Assembly (NCBI RefSeq): GCF_001194135.2
Contig: NC_068991.1
Location: 73,440,124-73,504,123 of the forward strand
DNA length: 64,000 bases
Reading direction: 5' to 3'
From: Octopus bimaculoides
Lineage: Eukaryota
Shown here one piece after another: positions 51,344 to 64,000 of the stretch. The position numbers and the translations under genes were made by a program. Numbering within the stretch: the first letter of the stretch is position 1; each line of letters opens with the position of its first letter. The notes beneath the pieces are model-generated. The model was not told the DNA's origin. It searched no databases and saw only the letters and a program-made list of their open reading frames with translations.

Positions 51344-52397
51344 TAAATATGTATGTATATATNNNNNNNNNNNNNNNNNNNNNNNNNNNNNNNNNNNNNN
51401 NNNNNNNNNNNNNNNNNNNNNNNNNNNNNNNNNNNNNNNNNNNNNNNNNNNNNNNNNNNNNNNNNNNNNNNNNNNNNNNNNNNNNNNNNNNNNNNNNNNN
51501 NNNNNNNNNNNNNNNNNNNNNNNNNNNNNNNNNNNNNNNNNNNNNNNNNNNNNNNNNNNNNNNNNNNNNNNNNNNNNNNNNNNNNNNNNNNNNNNNNNNN
51601 NNNNNNNNNNNNNNNNNNNNNNNNNNNNNNNNNNNNNNNNNNNNNNNNNNNNNNNNNNNNNNNNNNNNNNNNNNNNNNNNNNNNNNNNNNNNNNNNNNNN
51701 NNNNNNNNNNNNNNNNNNNNNNNNNNNNNNNNNNNNNNNNNNNNNNNNNNNNNNNNNNNNNNNNNNNNNNNNNNNNNNNNNNNNNNNNNNNNNNNNNNNN
51801 NNNNNNNNNNNNNNNNNNNNNNNNNNNNNNNNNNNNNNNNNNNNNNNNNNNNNNNNNNNNNNNNNNNNNNNNNNNNNNNNNNNNNNNNNNNNNNNNNNNN
51901 NNNNNNNNNNNNNNNNNNNNNNNNNNNNNNNNNNNNNNNNNNNNNNNNNNNNNNNNNNNNNNNNNNNNNNNNNNNNNNNNNNNNNNNNNNNNNNNNNNNN
52001 NNNNNNNNNNNNNNNNNNNNNNNNNNNNNNNNNNNNNNNNNNNNNNNNNNNNNNNNNNNNNNNNNNNNNNNNNNNNNNNNNNNNNNNNNNNNNNNNNNNN
52101 NNNNNNNNNNNNNNNNNNNNNNNNNNNNNNNNNNNNNNNNNNNNNNNNNNNNNNNNNNNNNNNNNNNNNNNNNNNNNNNNNNNNNNNNNNNNNNNNNNNN
52201 NNNNNNNNNNNNNNNNNNNNNNNNNNNNNNNNNNNNNNNNNNNNNNNNNNNNNNNNNNNNNNNNNNNNNNNNNNNNNNNNNNNNNNNNNNNATGTATATT
52301 AAATAGTATATTTTTTCTCCTTACGTTGACACAATTATTTTAGTAAGTAATCAGTTTTATAATACGTGTATATAGTTATCTACCTATGTCTGGTAGA

Positions 52398-52764
52398 GGC
52401 GCAATGTCCCAGTGGTTAGGGCAGAAGACTCACGTTTCAATTCCCTGCCCGGGCGTTGTGAGTGTTTATTGAGCGAAAACATCTAAAATTCAACGAGGCT
52501 CCGGCGGGTGGCGGGTGGCGGGTGGTGAATCCTGCTGTACTCTTTCACACAACTTTCTCTCACGCTTTCTTCCTGTTTCCGTTGTACCTGTATTTCAAAT
52601 CAGCCTTGTCACACTCTGTCTCACACTGAAAAACTCCCCGAGAACTACGTTAAGGGCACACGTGCCTGTGGAGTGCTCAGCCGCTTGCACGTTAATTTCA
52701 CGAGCAGGCTGTTCCGTTGATCGGATCAACTGGAACCCACGTCGACGTAACCGACTGAATGCCA
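52398..52764 (+). mobile_element. SINE family S3, near full length, tRNA-derived head
   Basis: GGCGCAATGTCCCAGTGGTTAGGGCAG...TTTCAATTCCC...GGGCGTTGTGAGTGTTTATTGAGCG...CGTAACCGACTGAATGCCAC. Confidence 0.9.
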
Positions 52765-52844
52765 CGATCTATCTATGAATTTATCTATCTGTCTACCTAT
52801 CCAATTTATCTATCTGTATATCTACCTATCTATATATCTCTCTG

Positions 52845-52901
<57 letters not shown>

Positions 52902-53546
52902 TTATACATGCATTCACACACATACGAAAATATATAGGGGACGTGTACGGTGCATTAGTATGTGCGCATTCGTTTATATATGGGTGAATATAGCTATTTA
53001 TCCGTGCACAAGCTGCTTGGAGCGCTTTCTTTTGCCCATTTCCCAATACCACGAATATGATGCTGTTTCCACCGTTATTGGATTATCTAAAATAACTTCA
53101 TTGTATGTAATAATGGAAAGCCATACGTAATATATATATAGCTTAATTGTCAATTTGTTATTTCGAAGAAAAATTCTATGAATTGAAACCATACATTTAC
53201 TATTTCTGAATATTACATCGGAATATCTCAGTAGCCGCCTCATCATAATTCACCAAACTCTTCTGTTTGACTCACTTTCACTTCCTATAACTGCACGAAA
53301 TTTGATATTCTCATTCTTTCTCACACACTGCTGCTTCTCTCAACCATAGCCACCACCACCATCACCACCACCACCATCACCACCTCCACCATCACAACCA
53401 CCACCTCCACCGATAGCACCACAAACCATTTATTAAGGAAATATTGCCACCATTCATGTTCTTCACCAACATATAAATGTTTTTATTACTGTTTCAATTA
53501 TTCTAGATTTAAATGTGGTTCGTTTCCTCGTTATCAATAATACCAC

Positions 53547-53586
<40 letters not shown>

Positions 53587-53963
53587 GCAATTGTTGTTTT
53601 TATTGGTATTATTGGCATTGTTGTTGTTGTTTTTTTTTATATATTCATAAACGTTAATCGAAATGTAATTTGCTGTAGCGTCTGCACAAGTTTTCTAAAT
53701 ATTATTTACTGTTATATCACTTTTATTATATACATGCACGCATTGGCTTCAACATACACAAGTAAACATAAGCACACTTTTACGTACATCATACACGCAC
53801 ACACTAACACACACACACACTCATACATATATACAGATATATATATATATATATATATATANNNNNNNNNNNNNNNNNNNNNNNNNNNNNNNNNNNNNNN
53901 NNNNNNNNNNNNNNNNNNNNNNNNNNNNNNNNNNNNNNNNNNNNNNNNNNNNNNNNNNATATA

Positions 53964-54089
53964 TAGGGTGTCCACGAAGTCTGGGTACATGGAGTAAATA
54001 AAATCATAATATAAACAATTAAATATAAGAAATAATTATTTTTAAAGTATGTGTTAATCCCCATGTACCCAGACTTTGTGGACACCCTG
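53964..54089. mobile_element. 126-bp Tc1/mariner-type MITE in a (TA)n context
   Basis: ~30-bp TIRs: AGGGTGTCCACGAAGTCTGGGTACATGG / CCATGTACCCAGACTTTGTGGACACCCTG-TA. Confidence 0.9.
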
Positions 54090-54139
54090 TATATATATAT
54101 ATGTACACGTATATATACAGACAAATGTGTGAATATATA

Positions 54140-54394
54140 TAAACTACAGCCATGTTGGGGCATCGCTCTGAAGGGTTTTAGTCGAACACATCGACCCTAG
54201 GCCTTATCTTTTAAAGCCTGGTAATCTTACTACGCGTTTCGTTTACCGGGGACATAACCAAACCAATCCCGGTTTCCGAGCAGTGGTGGGAGGGCAAACA
54301 TACAGACAAAGAGGCACACATGTAGATACACATACATGCACTTAGATACACACACTCACACACACATACACACACATGACACACACACACACTG

Positions 54395-54433
<39 letters not shown>

Positions 54434-54797
54434 AACATAGACACAGACACATGCCTGAATATATATAAACAACGGCCTTATCTTTTAAAGACTTGTACTT
54501 GTACTACCTGTTTCTTTTGCCGGGGGCGTAAACAAACCAATCCCGGTCGTCGAGCGGTGGTGGGAGAGCAAATATAAACACAGAGGCACATACATAAATG
54601 CACACACACACATGTATACATATATGTATATACATAAGACGGGCTTCTTTGAGTTTCCGTCAGCCGCATCCACTCACAATGCTTTGGTCGGCCCGAAGCT
54701 ACAGGAGAAGACATTTATCCAAGGTGTCACGCAGTGGGACTGAACCCAGAACCATGTGGTTGGAAAGCAAGCTTCTTACCACGCAGCCACGCCTGCG
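54140..54797 (-). mobile_element. S1 SINE with duplicated tail segment
   Basis: Head 54638-54797; tail segments at ~54200-54330 and ~54473-54600. Confidence 0.85.
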
Positions 54798-55774
54798 GCT
54801 GTATATATGCATCGACAGAGAGAGAAAGAGACAGATAGTGGAGACGAACAGATACACAGAGAGACACGCTAAATATGTTCGTCTTAACTCAATGTCTGCC
54901 CAAGAAATTCATAAAACGTAATATTCAAAATAACGGCACGACAGTGAGCACAAGCGGATAATAAGTATTTAGGTGTTACAATAATCAACAACATTAAAAC
55001 ATCAGTAACTATCACTGACAAATCGTCAGTGAGATTTTAAACTCTTTCCAAAAATGCGTTATTGATGCAAATCTGTTGACTCGATTTAATGAAACCTTTA
55101 AAAATTGTGGCTATTTATAGTGTATCTGTGAAATCTCTATAATCATTGAAACCAGTTCAGTTAATCGTTTTTCATTGTCTATGCTTCGAAAAGAATCAAT
55201 TGTTGAGAAGAGTCTCGGGATATTCGGGTTTAATTTACACATGCCTCTTTCACAAAATCTATACTTATTTCCTGCAATACAACGCAGTACACCCACACAC
55301 TTATATGTGTGTGGCTGTGCCATGGATACATACATTTGTATGTATTCATATATGTATGAATACATGTATGCATGTATTATATATGTATGTCTATATATAA
55401 TGCACGTTATATATATTCATATATATATATATATGCATTATAGTGTATTCACAGATAGATAGATAGATAGATAGATGCTATATCGACATTATGATTGTTG
55501 CAGTAGTAGTAGTGGTGGGCGGTGGAAAGAGTTTAGTCGTGGCAAAGGAAAAGGAGTACGGGAAGCTGTGCGTGAGTTCCGTTGCAAAACTGAATCAAAT
55601 CTACCTTTTAGACGCAGCGCAGTCTCATATTTCGCGCTCACGCTAACAGCCATATTGAAAAAAGAAAACGTTGTCTATTTGACACCTTCTCGCTCAGATA
55701 ACGTACATTTATCGGATATATTTGCAGACAACATACACGACATAGTTTACCGTCTGTATACTAATCGTAATCAC

Positions 55775-55891
55775 CTGAGGCTTTGTATGAGGAAAGCAGA
55801 GACGATTTGACTGGGGTTATCAAGTTCGAAGTTCAAATCTTCTACTTGCTTTTCATTGTGCTTTGGGGGTATAAATATCATATTATGTGTG
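55775..55891 (-). CDS. Candidate 117-nt phase 2-2 coding exon, THNMIFIPPKHNEKQVEDLNFELDNPSQIVSAFLIQSL, unknown product
   Basis: Acceptor TTTGCATTTCTCATAAGTTTTGCAG|, donor CAG|GTGATT, one open frame, length divisible by 3. Confidence 0.4.
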
Positions 55892-56389
55892 CTGCAAAAC
55901 TTATGAGAAATGCAAAGCAATTCACCTAAGATACACACACACATGCACACACAAATATCCATGACCGTGCATGTGCAAGTATAAGTTTTCCTGCATATAT
56001 GCGTGCACATACACACACACACACACACACGCACACGCATATATATATATATATATATATATATANNNNNNNNNNNNNNNNNNNNNNNNNNNNNNNNNNN
56101 NNNNNNNNNNNNNNNNNNNNNNNNNNNNNNNNNNNNNNNNNNNNNNNNNNNNNNNNNNNNNNNNNNNNNNNNNNNNNNNNNNNNNNNNNNNNNNNNNNNN
56201 NNNNNNNNNNNNNNNNNNNNNNNNNNNNNNNNNNNNNNNNNNNNNNNNNNNNNNNNNNNNNNNNNNNNNNNNNNNNNNNNNNNNNNNNNNNNNNNNNNNN
56301 NNNNNNNNNNNNNNNNNNNNNNNNNNNNNNNNNNNNNNNNNNNNNNNNNNNNNNNNNNNNNNNNNNNNNNNNNNNNNNNNNNNNNNNNN

Positions 56390-56438
<49 letters not shown>

Positions 56439-56551
56439 TATATATATATACATACGTATATATACATATCTATACGTATATATACATGCGTATATATACA
56501 TATATATACGTATATATACATGCGTATATATACGTATATATATATACACAG

Positions 56552-56583
<32 letters not shown>

Positions 56584-56643
56584 CTATATATATATATATA
56601 TGTGTGTGTGAGATCCTTGGTACAGTTTTCGAACATATATAAT

Positions 56644-56800
56644 ATGGGCTTTTTTTTGTTTCCGTCTACTAAATCCATTCACAAGATTTTGATCGACCCG
56701 AGGCTATGGTAGAAGATACTTGCTGAAGGTACTACGCAGTGGGACTGAAACCGGAACCACGACCATGTTGTTAGGGAGCAAGCTTTTTACTACTTAGACA
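56644..56800 (-). mobile_element. S1 SINE head
   Basis: TTTCCGTCTACTAAATCCATTCACAAG...GAGGCTATGGTAGAAGATACTTG...CAGTGGGACTGAAACCGGAACCA. Confidence 0.85.
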
Positions 56801-57187
56801 TGCTATATTTGTATATATATATATACATAAATTTTGTAATAGTACTCATTATATGTGTGTGTCTGTGCGTTTAATATATATTTATACTCGGCATATATTC
56901 TCCACACGCATACAGACACAAACTCAATAACACACACACACACACACACAGTTTTCTCCCCGTCTTTGTAGTCCCCGACCACCACGTCTACTTTTCCTTG
57001 TTCGCATTAATGTCCTACAAGGTGAAGTTACTTGGTTCAGGTGCAATTCGTACAAACGATTGTCCATGGATTATTTAAAGTCAAATTACAAAATGAGTTG
57101 TTAGTTATAGAAATATTGCGTTCTCATTATATCGATCGTTTTCGGCAAGCTAACTTTCGGTTACACACACATTCACAAACACACAGC

Positions 57188-57190
57188 GTA

Positions 57191-57278
<88 letters not shown>

Positions 57279-57280
57279 GA
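57188..57280. repeat. (GA)n microsatellite
   Basis: Seen directly. Confidence 0.95.
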
Positions 57281-58255
57281 AGATATTAAGAGACGCGTAC
57301 AAATAGGAATCGGAGGCTGCAAATGAAAGAGTTAAACAAAATGGATCGAGGGTGAGAAAATAGAAAGATGTAGGTTGAAAGAACGGTTAAGGAGAAGTAG
57401 AAGGAAAATTATTTAAATGTCAAATACACTTATTTTCATTGAATTCCTCCTTAAATATTGGAATCTATCGGGAATCTTACATGATTTTCAATTCTTTGTA
57501 AATGACAGCTATATGAACAACATTTCAGTCTCAATTGGTTTCTTGTAATTTTCATTTTTATTATTTTTCTATTATTACTATTATTTTAACCTATATGGTC
57601 TCTATAAGCCTTGAAAATCCCTTTTGGCGTTTGTTAAAATAATCGATGCCTTTTTCGTAATCTCTTTTCTTTGTTTCATTCTTCTCCGAAACATGATATC
57701 CTCATAGGACCCGCATTTCTCTGGCGGCGTTCACTGACAGTAACAAGATGAGAGCTAAAGATCACATCGTCTAAAGCAGAGCTATGTCATATGTTAACTC
57801 TTTCTAGCCACATTATCTTGATGGCGTATTGCCTTTTTATCTTAGCTTTTCCTTTGTTAATTTGACAACGGAGTCAATAACAACAATATTAACGTAAAAC
57901 TATATCACAATGATTCTCAGTACATATAACCTCCGGAAGTACTATCATAAATTAAAAAGATCCAGTCATATATACAGCTACTAAATATTTATATATTAAT
58001 TCTGTTCATCCGCTGAGTTTCAATAGTTAACCCTACAGATCCACATACGTAATTCTAAACAGTAAAAACCCATTCGTTCTCTCCATAAAATGATAGATCG
58101 AACAGTATTTCCAGGGTTAAATTTAAACTGCTGTCAGATCTTACACATTACGCGATTGTGGGTTGGTTTTAGTGGAATGTTTTACGGTGCAAACATCCGC
58201 GCCAAGACGTGTAAGTGTATTATATTATATTAGATAAATATTACACTACACATAT

Positions 58256-58300
<45 letters not shown>

Positions 58301-58513
58301 CACACACACACACAAACATATGGCCTTTTGTACTTGCGATTGAGATGTTGAAAGTGTTTAACTCTTACATGTAGATACCTGATGAAAACGTTTTTTTTTT
58401 TTGTTTTTTGTTTTTTTGCATGATGTAACATTTCTATTCTTCAATAACAAAAGCATGTCTGAAACAGCTGTAGTGACTCATTATCCAGCTGTTGTGATTT
58501 GTTTGTCATTCAC

Positions 58514-58622
58514 CTAACTCGGAACCTGCAATTCGCTTCGATCTGGAGTCCGTTGAGTGCTGTCCAATGGGTGCAGTGTTTGTACCCATGTGACTGTACG
58601 CGTAATCGAAGTATGACTCCAT
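58514..58622 (-). CDS. Candidate first coding exon MESYFDYAYSHMGTNTAPIGQHSTDSRSKRIAGSEL (exon possibly 58514-58729 including 5' UTR)
   Basis: AAACATGG Kozak-like start, upstream in-frame stop, pyrimidine-rich acceptor TTCTTTTAG| at 58729, donor TAG|GTGAAT, raised GC. Confidence 0.3.
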
Positions 58623-60642
58623 GTTTACTTTAGTAAGTACGCATATGTCCTCAAATATAGTTTGTACACGATAGCACTATCACCGACCTGACCTTGGTGC
58701 TGTGTGTGTGTTACGTGTAAAATATGGTACTAAAAGAATATGTAAATTGAAGAACTTATAAATAGAAAGAAGAATAGAGAAAGAGAAAACCAGAAACTGA
58801 TTTAGATATTACGAAAGTGCAATCAAACATAGTTGGATCGGCGTAGGATTGTTTGTCACGGAGTCATAGTAATGACGTCTGTTAGGTTTGTGATTCGACT
58901 GTATCAGCAACAACGAATGTGGTAGCCATAATTGTCGTGGGCTCTGGTCGTGGTTGTAATAGATCTATGATGCTAGTTTATAAGGAAAACTAGTCGCATA
59001 GAATTCTTTCTATATTTCTTCTCTTAAATAGATTTGAAATATGATCCATTGATGAGCATTAGATAGTTGATAGATCTCTATAGTATCAAACAACGACATG
59101 CAGTTAGTCGAGATAGCTGGCAAAAATTTGAAGTTATCCAATAATTCGTTGTTCCCCAATACATGATAAGAGGAGGAAGGACATTCATTTCTACTCACAC
59201 TGTACGTTTTAGCTAAATAGAAGCTGTTTAAATTTACTGAAAAATCTAGCAGATATGAATTTGTTGTTTTCAGGAATGATATTTTATTTACGTAGTGTGA
59301 AGTTTGGAATTCTTCAAAATATCTGCGAACAGAATATGCTTTTCTTTAAGGTTTTACTCAAAAGTGTCATATAAATGTATTAGACATCCATAAACCATGA
59401 GCATCAAACGGACTTTATTTCATGGAATAGAATTAAAAGAAGGTAAATGGTAAGAGAAAATATAGTCATATGACTATATGAGTATAATAATACTGGTTCC
59501 TTTCAATGAACTATAAAGAGTCCATAAAATAAGAGAATCGGTAGAGGAAAACGAAGTTGTGACGGTGATGCCTCTTAAAAGAGAATTAGAGATAAGCAAA
59601 AAGGAAAAACAGTAAGTACTAGGAATCGAAATCTCGTCATAGATTTGTTCGTGGAAAAATTGACTTTTTAATCACGGAGATTTCACGAGATTGATTTCGT
59701 TGGACTCGTTTGGAAATAACCGAGTTTTACAAGAGACTGAACAAAGTCGATTAAATCGCTTCAAATATATTATTGATATATTCCTGTTATTGACCATCGA
59801 ACGACGAAATGCGAAGTCAAACGGGACTGAAATTCAGAAATGATTTGCCCTAACATATTTCAGGCAACAACGCATAAGGTTTTATTATTATTGATTTTGT
59901 TTATATTAGTCATATAGTGAAACAGTTCATTGGATCGAACACAATAAGTTAGAAATGCCTATGTTATTGACTCTAGCTGGATTAACGGCAAATCTGCCTT
60001 GCAAGGGTTTTCTCGTCTTCAGAATATGGAAGATCGAAAGTATATTCTCTTATATACATAACTTTATACGAATGTATAAAGTGCTTTTAATTTAAACAGC
60101 CCCATACTTATTTTTACCAAGTTTATCTCCTAGAGCTTCTCACAAGAAAACATTCCCCATAAATGTATCGCTGAAGGATGATTTAAAGTAATGGGAAAGA
60201 TGAAAGTTGGGAAAATTGATAAAAGCATTTATTTATTGTAAATGAAACCGGAAATAAAATAATCTAACGTCTCGTTTATAACTTTCATTTTTTTTTTTGT
60301 TTCTTTAACTATTTCGTTTTCCTATAAATGTCATGTTGTTAGAGCCTCGTTTATGAAAATCGTATTTATAATTTGATGTATATATTCACACACATATATA
60401 CATACACTTATAGACACACACACAAACACACATGCACACAGATACACACAATATACAAACACACGCACACACACATACACACACTCATACATATATAATA
60501 TATACATACATCTACGTAATATATAGATTTTCATATAAATGTGAGTTGATAGATAGGTAGATAGATAGAGAGACAAACAGAAAGACAGACAGACAGATAG
60601 AAAGACAGACAGATAGATAGATGGATAGATAGATAGAAAGAC

Positions 60643-60689
<47 letters not shown>

Positions 60690-61347
60690 GTGGGAGAACG
60701 AGGATGAAGGGGAAAGTCCACAGGTTTCTCAGTAACAAGCATGCTGTGTCTGTTCCCTTCTGTCTCCCCCAATATATATTTATCGATCTTTCAATCTTTG
60801 TATTAAAATAGCATCTATATACATCAAAAGCACACACACTTATTCAGACACTGATGAAAAGGATTTAGCTGCCGGGCTTCGTTATGCTAAGGACGACCAT
60901 GTATAAGTGAGAGCAATACACTGTGGTAGCTGGAGTCACAAATCTACACAAAGGTGCCCCAGGGAATAGGATCGATACCCACTGACCGAAGCAGAGGTGA
61001 AACTTGGCAGCTCCCGGTTGTCTGAGGAACCCTCTTTAATAAGTATTGCCCTGCTCACCTCCATGATCCGAGAGCTATACTCTAAGATATATATTATCTG
61101 AGCGTTAGAAGGTTAGTCGATAGTATATCTGACCTGAGCTTTATAGAGTAGTTGATCTATCCAGAGCTCAATCTGGTTTTAATGGCGAATGAATGACTGA
61201 CGTCAAAACATTCCCTCCTGAACGGGAGGCCTGTCCTTCGCAGGGTTAACATCCCAACTATAGATGGATTTCATATACAGCTTAGTGGACAGTGGCAACG
61301 TCAACTTTGAAGAAGATAGTAAATGCAACCTAACATTAGTTGTTGTA

Positions 61348-61564
61348 CGAGGGAGTGCTGCAAAGTTCCTTGCTTTGAGTAAAAGAAAATACAAGAGGAT
61401 CAGTCAATTATGATTTTCGTCAACACATACCGCTCTCAGATTCTTACACTTATTGCAACGGTCCTTCAGTTTTTCTAAGCTCTGCATAAAAATTCGGAAG
61501 GTTAAGCCACCAGCCAGGCCTTTCGCGATAGCCTTAAAGCTAGACAATTCTCAGCACCCCTTCG
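61348..61564. mobile_element. 217-bp mariner-type MITE with TA target duplication
   Basis: TA-CGAGGGAGTGCTGCAAAGTTCCTTGCTTT ... AAAGCTAGACAATTCTCAGCACCCCTTCG-TA. Confidence 0.85.
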
Positions 61565-62082
61565 TAAATGCGACCTGAGCTTCGTAGAGGATTAGTAAAT
61601 ATGTTCTAAGCTTTTTGTACAAGATTAATAAATCTGATCTGCGCTTTATAGAAGGTGAATAGTTTGTTTTTTTTAGGAGTGAAGCATTTTCTGTTTAGCA
61701 GAAAAAAAAATCCCGTCTTTGAATTAATGTTACTCTTACTTTGTGTGACTCTTTTCACGCAGCAAACGTTTCCAACTGCTTAATTTTATTTCAGACATTT
61801 TTTTTTTTGTTTTGGTTTTAGAGTAGAAGTAATCTGTGATTGAGACGAATTCTTAAGGAAGTTTCACTGGAGTCGGTGAATGCCCAAAACACAAAGGATA
61901 AACATCATGAAAGCTAATCCCTACTGCATATTTCTCTCTGAAGCCTCGACATGAAAAACCTGTTTTCATTGGATAATGTGCCTGGGGTGGTTGTGGGGGA
62001 TATAGCTGTGAGAGTATCATGCATACACAAAGATGCGGATATATACATACACATATGCAGATATGCATATATGTATGGATAC

Positions 62083-62125
<43 letters not shown>

Positions 62126-62199
62126 CGTGTGTGTGTTTGTGTGTGGCCTGTGCGTGCGTGTGTGTGTATATATATATATACATATGTATGTATATATAC

Positions 62200-62247
<48 letters not shown>

Positions 62248-62702
62248 ATATATACATATATATTCATATGCTATTAGTATATGTTTGCATGCATTCATGC
62301 ACACAGACATATATACATACATAGTTATACATGCATACATATGTTTATATGTGTGTGCGAGAAAAAATATTATGTATGTATATATATATATATATATATN
62401 NNNNNNNNNNNNNNNNNNNNNNNNNNNNNNNNNNNNNNNNNNNNNNNNNNNNNNNNNNNNNNNNNNNNNNNNNNNNNNNNNNNNNNNNNNNNNNNNNNNN
62501 NNNNNNNNNNNNNNNNNNNNNNNNNNNNNNNNNNNNNNNNNNNNNNNNNNNNNNNNNNNNNNNNNNNNNNNNNNNNNNNNNNNNNNNNNNNNNNNNNNNN
62601 NNNNNNNNNNNNNNNNNNNNNNNNNNNNNNNNNNNNNNNNNNNNNNNNNNNNNNNNNNNNNNNNNNNNNNNNNNNNNNNNNNNNNNNNNNNNNNNNNNNN
62701 NN

Positions 62703-62758
<56 letters not shown>

Positions 62759-62849
62759 CATGTATTTATTAATTTACGTTTTCCGTACAGGATAAAATAC
62801 AAAGCGTGATTGGAAGTCTTTCAAATGTGAACATTGGAGGCGAAAACTA

Positions 62850-63284
62850 AGACAGAAGATGGCACGACAGGGGAACATGAAGAGACTGAAGCAATGGAAT
62901 AGAGGGAGTGAGACGTAGAGGAAAAGGAGTTGGAGATAGGATGTAGATCTGTGTGAGAGAAAGAGAGAGAAAGAGAGAGGAAGAGAGGGTGAAAGATAGA
63001 TAGAATGACGAAGAGGAAATTGAAAAGGTTCTGGTTATCGAGAGAAGAGTAAAGAGTGAGAAAAAGAGAGTGAAAGAATTTGAGTGAAGAAAGAAAGGAA
63101 GGGTTATATGGTGAGGTAAGCGAGGTTGAAACGGTAAAAAAGGAGAGAGAGGAAAAAATGAAAAGAGAAAGAAAGACAGGGAGAAAGAAAGACTAAAACA
63201 AAGAAAGAAGTAGAAGGAAAACATGACAGAAAGAGAGGAGGAAGGAATGAAGAAAAGGAGAAAAGGAAGGATATTAGTTTGATG

Positions 63285-63330
<46 letters not shown>
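62850..63330. repeat. Purine-rich low-complexity tract and (GATA)n
   Basis: Seen directly. Confidence 0.85.
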
Positions 63331-63332
<2 letters not shown>

Positions 63333-63410
63333 TGCAATTACGTATATATACATTTATATATACACCCAAATACACACACGCACACTCATACATACATATA
63401 TATATATATA

Positions 63411-63451
<41 letters not shown>

Positions 63452-63736
63452 ACATACATATATATGCATACATAGTGAGACAGATAGGATAAAGAGAGAG
63501 AGAGAGAAAGAAAAGGAGAGAAGGGAAATGGGAGACTAGTCGACTCAACCAGGAATCGAAAACATACAAGTGAAATAAGTATTTAGAACATAAAATGTCG
63601 GCGAAATCGAGGATGAGGGAATGGGGTTGGGCAGTGTTCGGTCTATAAGTTGACTGAGAAAGGAAACGAAACTATACACATAAAAATGTATGTGTGTTTG
63701 TGTATATGTAAGTGTATGTATGTATGCATATATACG

Positions 63737-63767
<31 letters not shown>

Positions 63768-63778
63768 GCATGTATGTG

Positions 63779-63834
<56 letters not shown>

Positions 63835-64000
63835 TAGAATCATATACAAGACATAGGAGAAAATTAAACCGTTGCATACACCGTGATAGTTTTTCATTCA
63901 CATGTTTTGTTTTGTTTTACCATTTCAGATTTTTTTTTTCTCAAATATCAATTCTGAATCAAATATTCGTAAAACAATAAAACAATGGCGAAACTCCGAG

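Noticed and set aside
59010-59198. 62-aa minus ORF starting at GTG
   Set aside because: Its start overlaps a donor-like GTGAGT and it has no recognisable motif
60852-60858. CTGATGA as a hammerhead core (also 39477 and 58379)
   Set aside because: No stem II closed before a GAAA and no stem I/III pairing

Overview
Eukaryotic, AT-rich, microsatellite-saturated scaffold. Most N gaps are flanked by (TA)n, (AAT)n or (GA)n. The SINE families and repeat landscape look like a coleoid cephalopod, probably Octopus (inference, no search run). There is no long host-gene ORF, and nearly all listed ORFs are microsatellite or gap artefacts. Recognisable content: many tRNA-derived SINEs of at least 3 families; two RTE-clade LINE 3' fragments; a Dong/R4-type restriction-like endonuclease fragment abutting (TAA)n; a DD37D (maT-type) Tc1/mariner remnant; four TA-flanked MITE/foldback elements; and a few weak minus-strand exon candidates. 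Main result: six hammerhead-ribozyme motifs from three different families. One is a full-core type I hammerhead with a GUC site (21075-21135). Two are copies of a variant with a shared CUGUUGA core. The other three belong to a Penelope-like family, including a cassette at 49400-50429 flanked by a 13-bp direct repeat: inverted hammerhead repeat, GIY-YIG endonuclease, tRNA-like Pol III head, direct hammerhead repeat.
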